This document shows positions 1 to 8,645 of a stretch of DNA of 56,796 nt, piece by piece. The notes under the pieces are model-generated. The model was not told where the DNA came from and did not search any database. It saw nothing but the letters and a program-made list of their open reading frames with translations. The DNA is from an uncultured virus (IMG/VR IMGVR_UViG_3300022841_000008) (taxonomy: Duplodnaviria; Heunggongvirae; Uroviricota; Caudoviricetes): IMG/VR virus record IMGVR_UViG_3300022841_000008. One strand, written 5' to 3'. A program made the translations under genes and the position numbers. Positions within the stretch are counted from its first letter, which is position 1. Every line of letters starts with the position of its first letter.

Positions 1-59
1 ATATAACGTCCTTCACCTTGAATGCTGTAAAACAGCTCTGCGATTTTAATTTTACTCAT
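1..59 (-). CDS. queE: 7-carboxy-7-deazaguanine synthase QueE (radical SAM), N-terminus only; runs off the window edge
   Basis: Manual translation from ATG at 59 gives MSKIKIAELFYSIQGEGRY, the typical QueE/NrdG E-x-F-x-S-I-Q-G-E-G start; folE and queD-like genes are nearby. Confidence 0.85.
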   Translation of the reverse strand, partial: MSKIKIAELFYSIQGEGRY

Positions 60-240
60 AGTTTATTATACACTCTTTTTCTGTAATTGCCAAGAACCGT
101 TGCCTTGATCTAGCCATTCTAATGTGTCTCCTTCTTTCCAATTTTGCATATCTAACAGATCTTGCGGTATTGGCATAATAAGATCGCCATTCTCGGGATC
201 TTCTTTTAGGGTAACTGTCCAGTGTGTCATATTCTATCAC
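52..240 (-). CDS. hypothetical protein (Arg-rich, 62 aa)
   Basis: ORF overlaps both neighbours in the operon. Confidence 0.5.
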   Translation of the reverse strand: MIEYDTLDSYPKRRSREWRSYYANTARSVRYAKLERRRHIRMARSRQRFLAITEKECIINYE

Positions 241-421
241 TTAATAATATTTTACAAAGTAATGCGTCTTGTTCGTTATTGAACTCAAACGACATTGAAT
301 TTTCTGTAGGATGGGATGTGTACTTATCACCAGGAAGCCCAAACTGTTCTAAAACCATCGCGCAGGTTTCATTCCACCAATGACTATTTTGATTATCCCA
401 AGGAACGAGTATAGTATTCAT
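227..421 (-). CDS. hypothetical protein
   Basis: 64-aa ORF with ATGA overlap to the upstream gene. Confidence 0.7.
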   Translation of the reverse strand: MNTILVPWDNQNSHWWNETCAMVLEQFGLPGDKYTSHPTENSMSFEFNNEQDALLCKILLSDRI

Positions 422-672
422 CGGCCTCTTAAATTAGTACTAGTCTTACTAATCTTAGGACCTGCGCTTTCAAAGTCCATGCCCGCCATGCGACCTTCAT
501 ACTTACTACCATTCCAATTCATCAATAGTTTAACACTCTTGTTCATAACCACAGTAAGGTTACGTCCCTCGTTACACTGCATGACTTCAGCCTCCATCTC
601 TCTTTTACTGGAAACCTGAGTAACAGTACAGGTGTTATCGTGCCTAGTTATTACACTCATTTTGTCCACCAT
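418..672 (-). CDS. hypothetical protein
   Basis: 84-aa ORF in a tightly packed operon. Confidence 0.7.
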   Translation of the reverse strand: MVDKMSVITRHDNTCTVTQVSSKREMEAEVMQCNEGRNLTVVMNKSVKLLMNWNGSKYEGRMAGMDFESAGPKISKTSTNLRGR

Positions 673-1154
673 TCTTCATAAGGAAATTCAATCCACACAT
701 CGTTTTCGGCTTTGTTAACTTCCATACCACAGTAGTTCATACCTACGCTGCATTGGCTAGATAAGTTATCAACAACAACAGCAAATCTTACGTTGTTACT
801 CCAGATCTGTTGCCAACTGGTGTCATCTGGAAAACAGCCACTTGGCCAATCATTCATCAGCCAGTTTAGTGTACTGCCTTGATCATTAATGTCGTCAACA
901 ACAAGAATGTTCTTTCCGTAAAACGCATCTTCAGCCATGCCTAGATTGCTAGTACATTCTCCGCCGTCACGCAAACTGATATCTAACGATTGCATGGGAA
1001 CGTTTAAGTAATGGCTGATCATTACAGCAGGCAATAATCCGCCTCTTGTAAGTCCTACAATGAAATCCGGCTTCCAATTATCTGCGGCAATTTCTCTACA
1101 GATAGTAGAAACTAAACCTTTAAATTTTCTGTCATTAATTATGAGTTTGTTCAT
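657..1154 (-). CDS. type I phosphoribosyltransferase (Gpt/HGPRT-like)
   Basis: IVGLTRGGLLPA, PRPP-binding motif ILVVDDINDQGST, C-terminal WIEFPYE. Confidence 0.9.
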   Translation of the reverse strand: MNKLIINDRKFKGLVSTICREIAADNWKPDFIVGLTRGGLLPAVMISHYLNVPMQSLDISLRDGGECTSNLGMAEDAFYGKNILVVDDINDQGSTLNWLMNDWPSGCFPDDTSWQQIWSNNVRFAVVVDNLSSQCSVGMNYCGMEVNKAENDVWIEFPYEEWWTK

Positions 1155-1611
1155 TTTGTTCTTTACGAGTTTTTAAATAATATTCATTTTGAATCCATTC
1201 ATCATTTACTAGAAATCCCCATTCTCGTTTGTGGGGACCTGGCATAAACAATGTCCAAGGAGTTATTCCTTCTTTTAATTCAATGCGGTGATAACTAGTA
1301 GGGCTAGACACGCGAAAATGACCGGGTCCACGCCACTTACGAATCTCGCAACTTTTTGTACCATCTGGATTAAATTCTGGAATCCATTCATAATAGCCAC
1401 CTTTTAAAATTAAAGTAAAATAACTCCATGGATGATCGTGAACATCATCTGGATCACCTTTATGGAACTTGTGTAGAAACACATTAAACGGAAAATGCTT
1501 TCGATCTTTTAGAAAAAGATAATAACGGGTTAACAACGGTTCGTTGCTCACTCGATCCATAATTATACGTTTACGACCCAGCCTATCTAAAAAATCGAGA
1601 AACCATTTCAT
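1135..1611 (-). CDS. cupin-fold protein
   Basis: HDHPW...LILKGGYYE and later YHRI...WTLF, matching cupin motifs 1 and 2. Confidence 0.7.
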   Translation of the reverse strand: MKWFLDFLDRLGRKRIIMDRVSNEPLLTRYYLFLKDRKHFPFNVFLHKFHKGDPDDVHDHPWSYFTLILKGGYYEWIPEFNPDGTKSCEIRKWRGPGHFRVSSPTSYHRIELKEGITPWTLFMPGPHKREWGFLVNDEWIQNEYYLKTRKEQNEQTHN

Positions 1612-1647
1612 TTACGTGTCTCCATATTTACTAAAGAAGCAATACAC

Positions 1648-2364
1648 TTATCGCTTATTGGATTCTTGGAGACTCAATGTATCAAAGAACTCTTTCTTTG
1701 TACCTGGATCTTTATTAAACGCACCTTTAAGCACTGAAGTAGTTGTTGAACTATCGTGTGCCATTATGCCTCGGTTCTCACAACATCCATGAGTCATTCT
1801 TAAATATACACCTACGTTTTCTGAATCAGTTGCTTTACTAATTTCTCGAGCAATGTCATTACATAGTTCCTCTTGTAGGGTGCCACGGCGAGCGCACCAC
1901 TGAGCAATGCGAGTATACTTGCTAAGACCAATTAGTTTTTCTGCCGCAATAATGCCAATATAAGCAACCCCAGTAACGGGTTGGTGATGATGTGAACACA
2001 TACTACGAAGTTCACTGCGAACCACGAGCATGCCTTCGTAACGGTCTGCCGAATTGTTTGGAAATGCTGTTACGTCTGGTGCTGGATCATATCTGCCTGT
2101 CATGATTTCATTAAAGTACATTTTAGCAAGCCGCTTTGCAGTGCCTTTGCTATTTGGATCTGTTTCTCGATCAATAAGCAAGCGATCTAGCACACCTTCA
2201 AATGCTTCTGCTGCTTCGGTGATTAGTGTATCCTTTTCAACATCGCTAACGTATTCGCTGATGTTGTCTCCTGCCCAAAACCGTTTGTTATCGCGTTTGA
2301 GTTTGTCGCGGATAACCTGGCTTAGCGGTCTTCCGTCTTCTTCTCTATAATTCAATTGTGTCAA
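1648..2364 (-). CDS. folE: GTP cyclohydrolase I
   Basis: SMCSHHHQP, IGLSKYTRI, LQEEL, HGCCENRG; TTG start preceded by GGAGA. Confidence 0.95.
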   Translation of the reverse strand: MTQLNYREEDGRPLSQVIRDKLKRDNKRFWAGDNISEYVSDVEKDTLITEAAEAFEGVLDRLLIDRETDPNSKGTAKRLAKMYFNEIMTGRYDPAPDVTAFPNNSADRYEGMLVVRSELRSMCSHHHQPVTGVAYIGIIAAEKLIGLSKYTRIAQWCARRGTLQEELCNDIAREISKATDSENVGVYLRMTHGCCENRGIMAHDSSTTTSVLKGAFNKDPGTKKEFFDTLSLQESNKR

Positions 2365-2370
2365 TATATT

Positions 2371-2398
2371 TCTCCGATGTTTAAGCAGTGGATTGCCT
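2371..2398 (-). promoter_or_regulatory. candidate hairpin/pseudoknot sequestering the folE ribosome-binding site
   Basis: mRNA AGGCA-AUCCAC-UGCUU-AAACAUC-GGAGA; loop UCC is complementary to GGA of the Shine-Dalgarno. Confidence 0.4.
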
Positions 2399-2406
2399 GT
2401 ATAGTT

Positions 2407-3480
2407 TTATTTTAGCATCTCTAATAGTTTATTGCAACTAAAATAATGTTCAGTTAATGCATCTACTTGTTTATTTAGGCTGGGTAAAAACTTTTCGTAA
2501 TTTTCCATGTACTGTATAATCTTGTAGCAGATTTCTTGTCTATGGATATTATAGTTCTCCCAAGTATCAGTCCATTCGCTCGGATACTTGAAAGTATCAA
2601 ATGCCATTTCGCTGTAGCTTAGTCTATCTGGCATCATTGGAACAGCGCCCACTAATGCACCTTCATACCAACTAATGCCTAACGTTTCTTGCAAGTTTGC
2701 ACTAAACACAATCTTAGATTGTCCTAGCAGATTGTGGTATTCATTCTTTGTCAGCTGTTGATCCTGACATACAACAAACTCATACTGAGGCAAGTGCATA
2801 GCTAAGTCACGAAAGATATCTACTTGTTTCTCTGGCGCTATGCGATGAGGGAACAGTATAAGGTCACGCTTTGGCATGTTCTTATACATAGTCAATGTAT
2901 CTTCCATATACTCCATGGGCCACCCAGTCTGGACAATCTTCTTAGAAACTTTATAGTTATAAACTGTACCTAAGTTAACCTCTAACAAATTGTTACGAAA
3001 CATATCGATATGAAAATTCGTAGCAAAATAGTTATGATCGAACGCATGAAAGAAACTTTTCTCAGCGTGTCTAACCCAAGGCTTATTACCAACAAGACGT
3101 CCTAAAAAGTCTTGTGGGTCATAACTGCCAGCATGCCATAGTCCATGTGTAGTTACTGGAATACCCAGTAATTCGCTCATGTACTTGAGATTGATGATAC
3201 CAGGGTGCCAAGCATCAGTAAATATAAAATGATCACCTGGGCGAACGGCTCCATTACAAAATAAACGGCCCAGCTGCTCAACTTGACTAGCCTTGTATAT
3301 ATTAGTTCCGCCAAAGTTGAGAAACGCTCCAGGAGTAGTTGCACTAGGAATATCCGCAGGGCCTGATATAATTTGAACATTGTGTCCTTTCTCTCGTAGT
3401 AAGGCAGGCACATGGGACTGCCATTGTCCAGTGTACCTTGTCTCGACTGCTTCTAAATCAACGAGAAAAATTCTGCTCAT
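2407..3480 (-). CDS. GT-B fold glycosyltransferase (GT4-like)
   Basis: LFPHRIAPEKQ and ANLQETLGISWYEGALVG (E-x7-E nucleotide-sugar motif). Confidence 0.8.
   Translation of the reverse strand: MSRIFLVDLEAVETRYTGQWQSHVPALLREKGHNVQIISGPADIPSATTPGAFLNFGGTNIYKASQVEQLGRLFCNGAVRPGDHFIFTDAWHPGIINLKYMSELLGIPVTTHGLWHAGSYDPQDFLGRLVGNKPWVRHAEKSFFHAFDHNYFATNFHIDMFRNNLLEVNLGTVYNYKVSKKIVQTGWPMEYMEDTLTMYKNMPKRDLILFPHRIAPEKQVDIFRDLAMHLPQYEFVVCQDQQLTKNEYHNLLGQSKIVFSANLQETLGISWYEGALVGAVPMMPDRLSYSEMAFDTFKYPSEWTDTWENYNIHRQEICYKIIQYMENYEKFLPSLNKQVDALTEHYFSCNKLLEMLK
2409..2437 (-). promoter_or_regulatory. sigma70-like promoter for folE
   Basis: TTGCAA-N17-TAAAAT within the 3' end of the glycosyltransferase gene. 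Confidence 0.55.
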
Positions 3481-3715
3481 TGCGCTTTCCGTTATTATCC
3501 CAACGTGGGTTCTTGCCTAGGTAAGGCCGGCGCGGTCGCTTGCTTGCTAGGAACGCACCATAGTTAGGAGCACCTTCTTTGCGGTAAATTTCCGCAGGGT
3601 CAAACTCTCGAAGTTCCATACGACAAAAGTCTTGAAACGCTTCCAAGTCATCAAAGATCCGAACAATGTCGGGGCGATTTTTAAAATAGGCAACGTCGCG
3701 GTAATTCTTAGCCAT
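3458..3715 (-). CDS. hypothetical protein
   Basis: 85-aa ORF with AGGA RBS. Confidence 0.75.
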   Translation of the reverse strand: MAKNYRDVAYFKNRPDIVRIFDDLEAFQDFCRMELREFDPAEIYRKEGAPNYGAFLASKRPRRPYLGKNPRWDNNGKRNEQNFSR

Positions 3716-3745
3716 GTTAGCTTTCCTTAGTACTTAATAATATTA

Positions 3746-4126
3746 TTATGGTTTGTATTCGATGATACCATCGGATTCACCGTCTTCTGACACTACAATT
3801 TCGTAGTATCGATTTGATCCATATGCTGGAATCAAATGCTTTTCCAAGATGTCTGTTGCAATCATTTCGCAACTCTTGTGATTCATTTTACCGTCTTTAA
3901 TAAATTCTGCCAATGCCCACTTAACAAGGAAGAACTCTAATTCACGGTCTAAGTGTGTAACACTAATCTTTACTTCAACTTTGAACATGTGTCGATGTTC
4001 ATTTTCAAGAAACTGGATACGTGGATCAATTGATCCAGCGTTTGGGTAATAGTGAAACCCTTCAAATTCTGTACGAACTTTAATAAACGTCATAGTTGCT
4101 GGGCGAATGTCTTGTTTAATAATCAT
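3746..4126 (-). CDS. QueD-paralog T-fold protein, DpdL-like (putative CDG decarboxylase)
   Basis: QueD architecture (FEGFH...HxH...SCEMIA...VSED), but with LENEHRHMF (LxxxHRHxF) instead of CxxxHGH. Confidence 0.7.
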   Translation of the reverse strand: MIIKQDIRPATMTFIKVRTEFEGFHYYPNAGSIDPRIQFLENEHRHMFKVEVKISVTHLDRELEFFLVKWALAEFIKDGKMNHKSCEMIATDILEKHLIPAYGSNRYYEIVVSEDGESDGIIEYKP

Positions 4127-4371
4127 AGAATGTACTTTGATGATATAGGTCCTTTGCCTTGCAACCCGAAATGCTCTTTGATTGTAGATCTACAAAGTGT
4201 ACGTTGATACTGTGCTGCCTCTGTTGGACCTTCTTTAGTAAATTGCATATTATCAATAATTGTAACACATTCTTCTAGCAATAGTCTAGCAAAATTCTCT
4301 TGATTGGTAACATTGACACCTAAAATATTTTCAGTTGCCTTGTCTAATGCACGTTTAATTTTTTGGTTCAT
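4123..4371 (-). CDS. hypothetical protein
   Basis: 82-aa ORF with ATGA overlaps. Confidence 0.65.
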   Translation of the reverse strand: MNQKIKRALDKATENILGVNVTNQENFARLLLEECVTIIDNMQFTKEGPTEAAQYQRTLCRSTIKEHFGLQGKGPISSKYIL

Positions 4372-4637
4372 CTCATACTTTCCATAGTTATAATTTTACC
4401 AAGTTCCTCACCGAGGTCTTTGTCATCGTGAATGATGTACATTTTATTATTGTCCTCATCACGTTTACGATCATAGTTACGAACTTCTACTACAAAGCCG
4501 CCACTACCTTTGTAGACCTGTAGTTTCATGCCATCGCTATGAAAACGCTCTTCTGATTCTCTAGTGGGCTTCTCGTACTCAATCGCGTCGTCATTTTGAT
4601 TAAGGACCCAGTTGCGGAATCGTTGTTTCAATGTCAT
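4368..4637 (-). CDS. hypothetical protein (N-terminus possibly extended via a frameshift)
   Basis: 89-aa ORF; the frame stays open upstream to about 4769 without a start codon. Confidence 0.7.
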   Translation of the reverse strand: MTLKQRFRNWVLNQNDDAIEYEKPTRESEERFHSDGMKLQVYKGSGGFVVEVRNYDRKRDEDNNKMYIIHDDKDLGEELGKIITMESMR

Positions 4638-4767
4638 TTTTATGCTCTTTACTTTATTAACTGCGGTGCGTGTGCCTTGAACTCGGCAACCGCTAGTGCC
4701 TATTCCACGTGAATTACGGGTTGATACTTTACTAGAGGAGTTGTGTATGCTGATCCATGTGGTCCCA

Positions 4768-5280
4768 TTACTTTACAATCTCATCGTTTTTGTATTGTGA
4801 CCAGTCTGCAAACTTACTACGATCCATTAGCGTATGTAGACTATGAGACCATACGCCGGGATTGGTTGCTTTAAAATCTTTATCATCAATCTTTAGCATT
4901 GTATTATAATTCCATAACTTGATATATGGAATAGGCACACGAATCTGCGGAATAAAGTTATTGTATTCGCAGTAACCGCTTTCATGAAACTCTTCTACCT
5001 GGCTCATTGGAATATCTAGACTGCACAGATACTCTTTCTTCAAAAAGTAAAAGATCATCTCTTCCCAACACTTATGCTCTTCGTAGTCTTTAGGGTTAAA
5101 ACTATGATTAGCGCCAAAGAAGATATGCTCACAGCCCTGTAAATTCGATGCAATATTTCCTACAGGTTGTACGCCTGTAACAAACAAAGTTTTTAACCCG
5201 TATGCAGGAGTATGTTCTACTTCATTACCGATAAAGAATACAATATCGTCAGCAACGCCGTCTGCGTAATCACGTTTCAT
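4768..5280 (-). CDS. hypothetical protein in the deazaguanine cluster
   Basis: 170-aa globular, enzyme-like ORF (FIGNEVEHTP, HIFFGANHSF, NPGVWSH). Confidence 0.8.
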   Translation of the reverse strand: MKRDYADGVADDIVFFIGNEVEHTPAYGLKTLFVTGVQPVGNIASNLQGCEHIFFGANHSFNPKDYEEHKCWEEMIFYFLKKEYLCSLDIPMSQVEEFHESGYCEYNNFIPQIRVPIPYIKLWNYNTMLKIDDKDFKATNPGVWSHSLHTLMDRSKFADWSQYKNDEIVK

Positions 5281-5723
5281 TCTTCAAAACCTCCATCTTT
5301 CATTTCTTGTGTGCGTTTACGTTCTTGCAGTTCTGCTTCATGGACATCACACAATGTACGTATCCATCCGTCGCCTCGTCTCTTTCCAACACTACCACAC
5401 TCTTCGCATGTAATGTCTGCCCACGATTCTGCCATGCTAACTAGACCGCGAATGTAGTCATCGCCGCCATCGTAGTAGAAACGCAGTCCACCAAACTTTT
5501 CTTTAATCTGTGCCACAGTTACTTGTGGAACAACTTCCGCTGTTTTATTCTTCCAGTTGAGGTGATGCTGGATATTAGAACAGAGTGTTTCTAACAGTAG
5601 ATACCAGCCAGCGCCTACAGAAAAGCCGCCGTAATCACCTGCAAACATCTTGGGAAACTGTTCTTCCATATTCTTGGCAAATGTTTCGTACTTGTTAAGT
5701 CCTTGATCTTCACCCATTACCAT
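5277..5723 (-). CDS. phage hypothetical protein with a CxxC...CxxH zinc-finger-like tail
   Basis: QIKEKFGGLRFYY and CEECG...LCDVH. Confidence 0.8.
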   Translation of the reverse strand: MVMGEDQGLNKYETFAKNMEEQFPKMFAGDYGGFSVGAGWYLLLETLCSNIQHHLNWKNKTAEVVPQVTVAQIKEKFGGLRFYYDGGDDYIRGLVSMAESWADITCEECGSVGKRRGDGWIRTLCDVHEAELQERKRTQEMKDGGFEE

Positions 5724-5920
5724 GTACTCAAATCAGTGATGTCAATTTTAGTATCGACATCTTTATCATTGTCATTAAAGAGATTAAATTCAATAGTAAT
5801 CCCTTCCCCTATGCCACTACTACGATCTACCCTGATAGTGAACCATTCTATTTCTTTAAAATGGGTCACTATCTCGGTGAGCTTTTCAATTTGTTTACGA
5901 TTAAGTGATAGTGTATTCAT
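5717..5920 (-). CDS. hypothetical protein
   Basis: 67-aa ORF directly downstream of a sigma70 promoter. Confidence 0.75.
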   Translation of the reverse strand: MNTLSLNRKQIEKLTEIVTHFKEIEWFTIRVDRSSGIGEGITIEFNLFNDNDKDVDTKIDITDLSTW

Positions 5921-5926
5921 ACATTA

Positions 5927-5955
5927 ATTATAGCATCAAATTGCTCAGTTAGCAA
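5927..5955 (-). promoter_or_regulatory. sigma70-like promoter
   Basis: TTGCTA-N17-TATAAT. Confidence 0.65.
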
Positions 5956-5957
5956 TG

Positions 5958-7496
5958 TTATTCTGCTACCAGTTTATCCAACTCGCCATCTTCGCGATCA
6001 TCGTTCCACGAATCCTTGTCTTCACTGCCTTCTTCATAGAACAGATCGTTTGAGATATTCGTAACGCCACCACGCAAGCGTGAGCCTTCCAAATTCTGCA
6101 TAAAGCCTCTAGTCTCTGCGTCAGCAATCATAGCAAATGCGGATTCTTTGTCTGGACAGCCAAACAGCTCTTCAACAAAACGATCAAAGTACAGAATGTT
6201 ACGGGGAACCCAATCACTATACTCGTCACTCATGTCACGATCTTTGTTCTTCTTCCACAGTCTCCAGTCTGGTCGGATCTTAGCCTGTTCAATATCTGCC
6301 AAGTTGTTAGCACGTTGTACAGCAACAATATGTTGATAAACATTATGACCCATCATCAGTGCATAACCAAAGCTGTCCCACGAAGTCTTGCCTTCTTTGC
6401 CAATCTTGTTTAGCATTCCTGGCTTGTAGTGACAGATATCTGAAACATTTAGTCTGCGACCAATCTCGCTTTCGAATGGAAACGGAATGTCCGGGCGCGA
6501 CGCAAGTGCTTTATTATCTGGAGCTTTGTCCATAATAACACTCCACCGCTTGGCTGTATGCTGACTGTTAGTGTAAACAAGTCCGTGTGCAGTTGCAATA
6601 AACGGCGACGCACAATCAAAGCTAATTGTAAAGTTAGGATTAATATGTTTACGGACCTGACGTTGAATACTGGTCAAATAGCACGACCAATCTAATTGTG
6701 CAGTGCCCAAGAAGTGCATCCAATCCTTGCCTTCTAGCATACCGTCAAACCGCATAGTGATTATGCGGCGTAGTGCAATATGCATCTTACACATATTCGC
6801 ACCGCCCATTGCCCACCCTTCAGCGGCTTTATCGCCCCAAACTTTCTTATCGCTAAACTCTTTAACACCTTCGTACCACGCTTCGGCAGTATCCCAGTTA
6901 CTACCTTGTAGAACGTTTAGGAACTTAGTAGCACCTAAACGATTGTCCAAGAAGTACTTGTTATTGTGACGAGTTTTATCTAGACAGTCTTCAAATGACT
7001 TTAGTCCTGTCTTTGGACTATGAATATGGTCACATGCCCACGTAGGAACGTCTAGCATCATTGACCAATCAGCAGTTAGTTCAAGCCAGTTAAGAATATC
7101 ATCACGAGTCTTGTTAGCTTTTTTGCCTTCAAAGTCTAGCCAATCAAACTTAAGGATACCTTTACCAATCTGGTAACCACCGGAGTCGCCCAAGATCATT
7201 GTTTTGTTGCGATCACGTTGCTGAATCATTGAGTCATGATCCATAGTCTTAACTAGATCTAGTTGTGCATGGCCTGCTGAATACAATCCGTACTTGTAAT
7301 AGAAGTATCCTTCTTCTGGGTTTAAGAAGTTCATACCTTCGATGCCTCGATCAAAACCCGCTGGAATTCGATCTTTGGGTACAAAATCTCCCTTGCGTTG
7401 TTTTGCCACGTAGGTAGAATAGAAACTACTAATCGCAGGCAAATAGACTGCGTAGTCTTTCTGTAGGGGTGTTAAATCAACTGGTTGTTTGCTCAT
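5958..7496 (-). CDS. dpdA: TGT-fold deazapurine transglycosylase (DpdA-like)
   Basis: ILGDSGGYQ (TGT DSGG motif), MMLDVP, NVLQG, MHFLG, SFDCASP; clustered with folE, queE and the queD paralog. Confidence 0.8.
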   Translation of the reverse strand: MSKQPVDLTPLQKDYAVYLPAISSFYSTYVAKQRKGDFVPKDRIPAGFDRGIEGMNFLNPEEGYFYYKYGLYSAGHAQLDLVKTMDHDSMIQQRDRNKTMILGDSGGYQIGKGILKFDWLDFEGKKANKTRDDILNWLELTADWSMMLDVPTWACDHIHSPKTGLKSFEDCLDKTRHNNKYFLDNRLGATKFLNVLQGSNWDTAEAWYEGVKEFSDKKVWGDKAAEGWAMGGANMCKMHIALRRIITMRFDGMLEGKDWMHFLGTAQLDWSCYLTSIQRQVRKHINPNFTISFDCASPFIATAHGLVYTNSQHTAKRWSVIMDKAPDNKALASRPDIPFPFESEIGRRLNVSDICHYKPGMLNKIGKEGKTSWDSFGYALMMGHNVYQHIVAVQRANNLADIEQAKIRPDWRLWKKNKDRDMSDEYSDWVPRNILYFDRFVEELFGCPDKESAFAMIADAETRGFMQNLEGSRLRGGVTNISNDLFYEEGSEDKDSWNDDREDGELDKLVAE

Positions 7497-7845
7497 ATTC
7501 TCTCCATAATTTTACTGTTATATCTAATTGTTGTCTTGCCTGTTCTAAATTGTCTAATGCTATTTTAACAGCCTTATTGTCATTTGCCAAGCTATGCAAC
7601 TTTAATTCTTCGTCACGCTTCTTACGTACCCATTGTACTATGTCTAGTATATCTTGATCAAGGCCTACAGTAGCATAGCTGGTGGATAAGTATTGCCAAC
7701 TGGAGCCATTAAACACTTCTATATCAGTGCCGTTGATTCTCAGCATACCCATCATTGGATTAGCAGCGTTCGGGGCAACATACGGCAGGACAGTGTTGCC
7801 GCTATTTACCGTTACACCGTTATAACCTTGTAAGCCCTTAATCAT
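7477..7845 (-). CDS. hypothetical protein
   Basis: 122-aa ORF between the clamp gene and dpdA. Confidence 0.75.
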   Translation of the reverse strand: MIKGLQGYNGVTVNSGNTVLPYVAPNAANPMMGMLRINGTDIEVFNGSSWQYLSTSYATVGLDQDILDIVQWVRKKRDEELKLHSLANDNKAVKIALDNLEQARQQLDITVKLWREYEQTTS

Positions 7846-7847
7846 AT

Positions 7848-8585
7848 TTAGGCCGCTTGTGCTGGAATGATATATTTGTAAGTAGCAAGACCGCTGTCTA
7901 AAGTAATCTGGATAGCACCTTCATTACTCAAAGACATCTTTGTGTTGTTAACATCCGCAATCTTAAGGATACTCAAGATTGGCACAATAGGCCAAGTCCA
8001 ACCACGATCCAATTTACCTGCAACGTTTTGTGCAAAGATAAACTCACCGCCGTGTGTGCTAGCATCACCAAAGATAAACTTTAGATTGCTACCATCTGTT
8101 TTTGCCAAGAATGTTGGATGTTCATTATTAGCACCAGCTTGGAAGTTAAAACGCTGTACTGCGGCAACGCTAGGTTCAACCTCTACATCCCACTTAACAC
8201 CGCGGAACTTAACAGTCTTCATTTTCTCGTTAATGATTTCTGAATTCATAAAACGGTAATCGTTTTTAAAGTCGCCATCTTTGTTTTCAAAATGTAAACC
8301 AACTGGCAATGTTTCTCCGTTACGTTCTGCTGTAGTGATACTAATTTTAGCATCTTCTTTGTACTCAGCACCGTCTAGCAAATACTTCAGTTTATTAAGT
8401 TGTGGCATGCCAAACACACCAATCATATCTGGTTGCGGGCTAGCAGTAGTAGCTTCCATGATAACTGAACGATCGTCAGCCATAGAGTTAATAGTTGTAC
8501 CACGTTCTGTACCTGTGACCTTAACTGTAGTTAAAAATCCTAGATTCTGGGTGTGTGATACGATGTCTTGTAAAATGTCTTTCAT
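7848..8585 (-). CDS. DNA polymerase sliding clamp (gp45/PCNA-like)
   Basis: 245 aa, adjacent to polB, PCNA-like C-terminus IQITLDSGLATYKYIIPA; a clamp loader is in the window. Confidence 0.65.
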   Translation of the reverse strand: MKDILQDIVSHTQNLGFLTTVKVTGTERGTTINSMADDRSVIMEATTASPQPDMIGVFGMPQLNKLKYLLDGAEYKEDAKISITTAERNGETLPVGLHFENKDGDFKNDYRFMNSEIINEKMKTVKFRGVKWDVEVEPSVAAVQRFNFQAGANNEHPTFLAKTDGSNLKFIFGDASTHGGEFIFAQNVAGKLDRGWTWPIVPILSILKIADVNNTKMSLSNEGAIQITLDSGLATYKYIIPAQAA

Positions 8586-8609
8586 TTAGATTTCTCCGGT
8601 TATATGAAT

Positions 8610-8638
8610 ATTATACTTAGGGTTAGAGTAAAAAGCAA
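8610..8638 (-). promoter_or_regulatory. sigma70-like promoter for clamp-hypothetical-dpdA
   Basis: TTGCTT-N17-TATAAT. Confidence 0.65.
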
Positions 8639-8645
8639 CCGCAAT

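Noticed and set aside
5958..7496. tRNA-guanine transglycosylase for host queuosine
   Set aside because: It lacks the CxCxxC zinc site of bacterial Tgt, is longer and divergent, and sits beside replication genes; a DNA-directed role is more likely, though unproven
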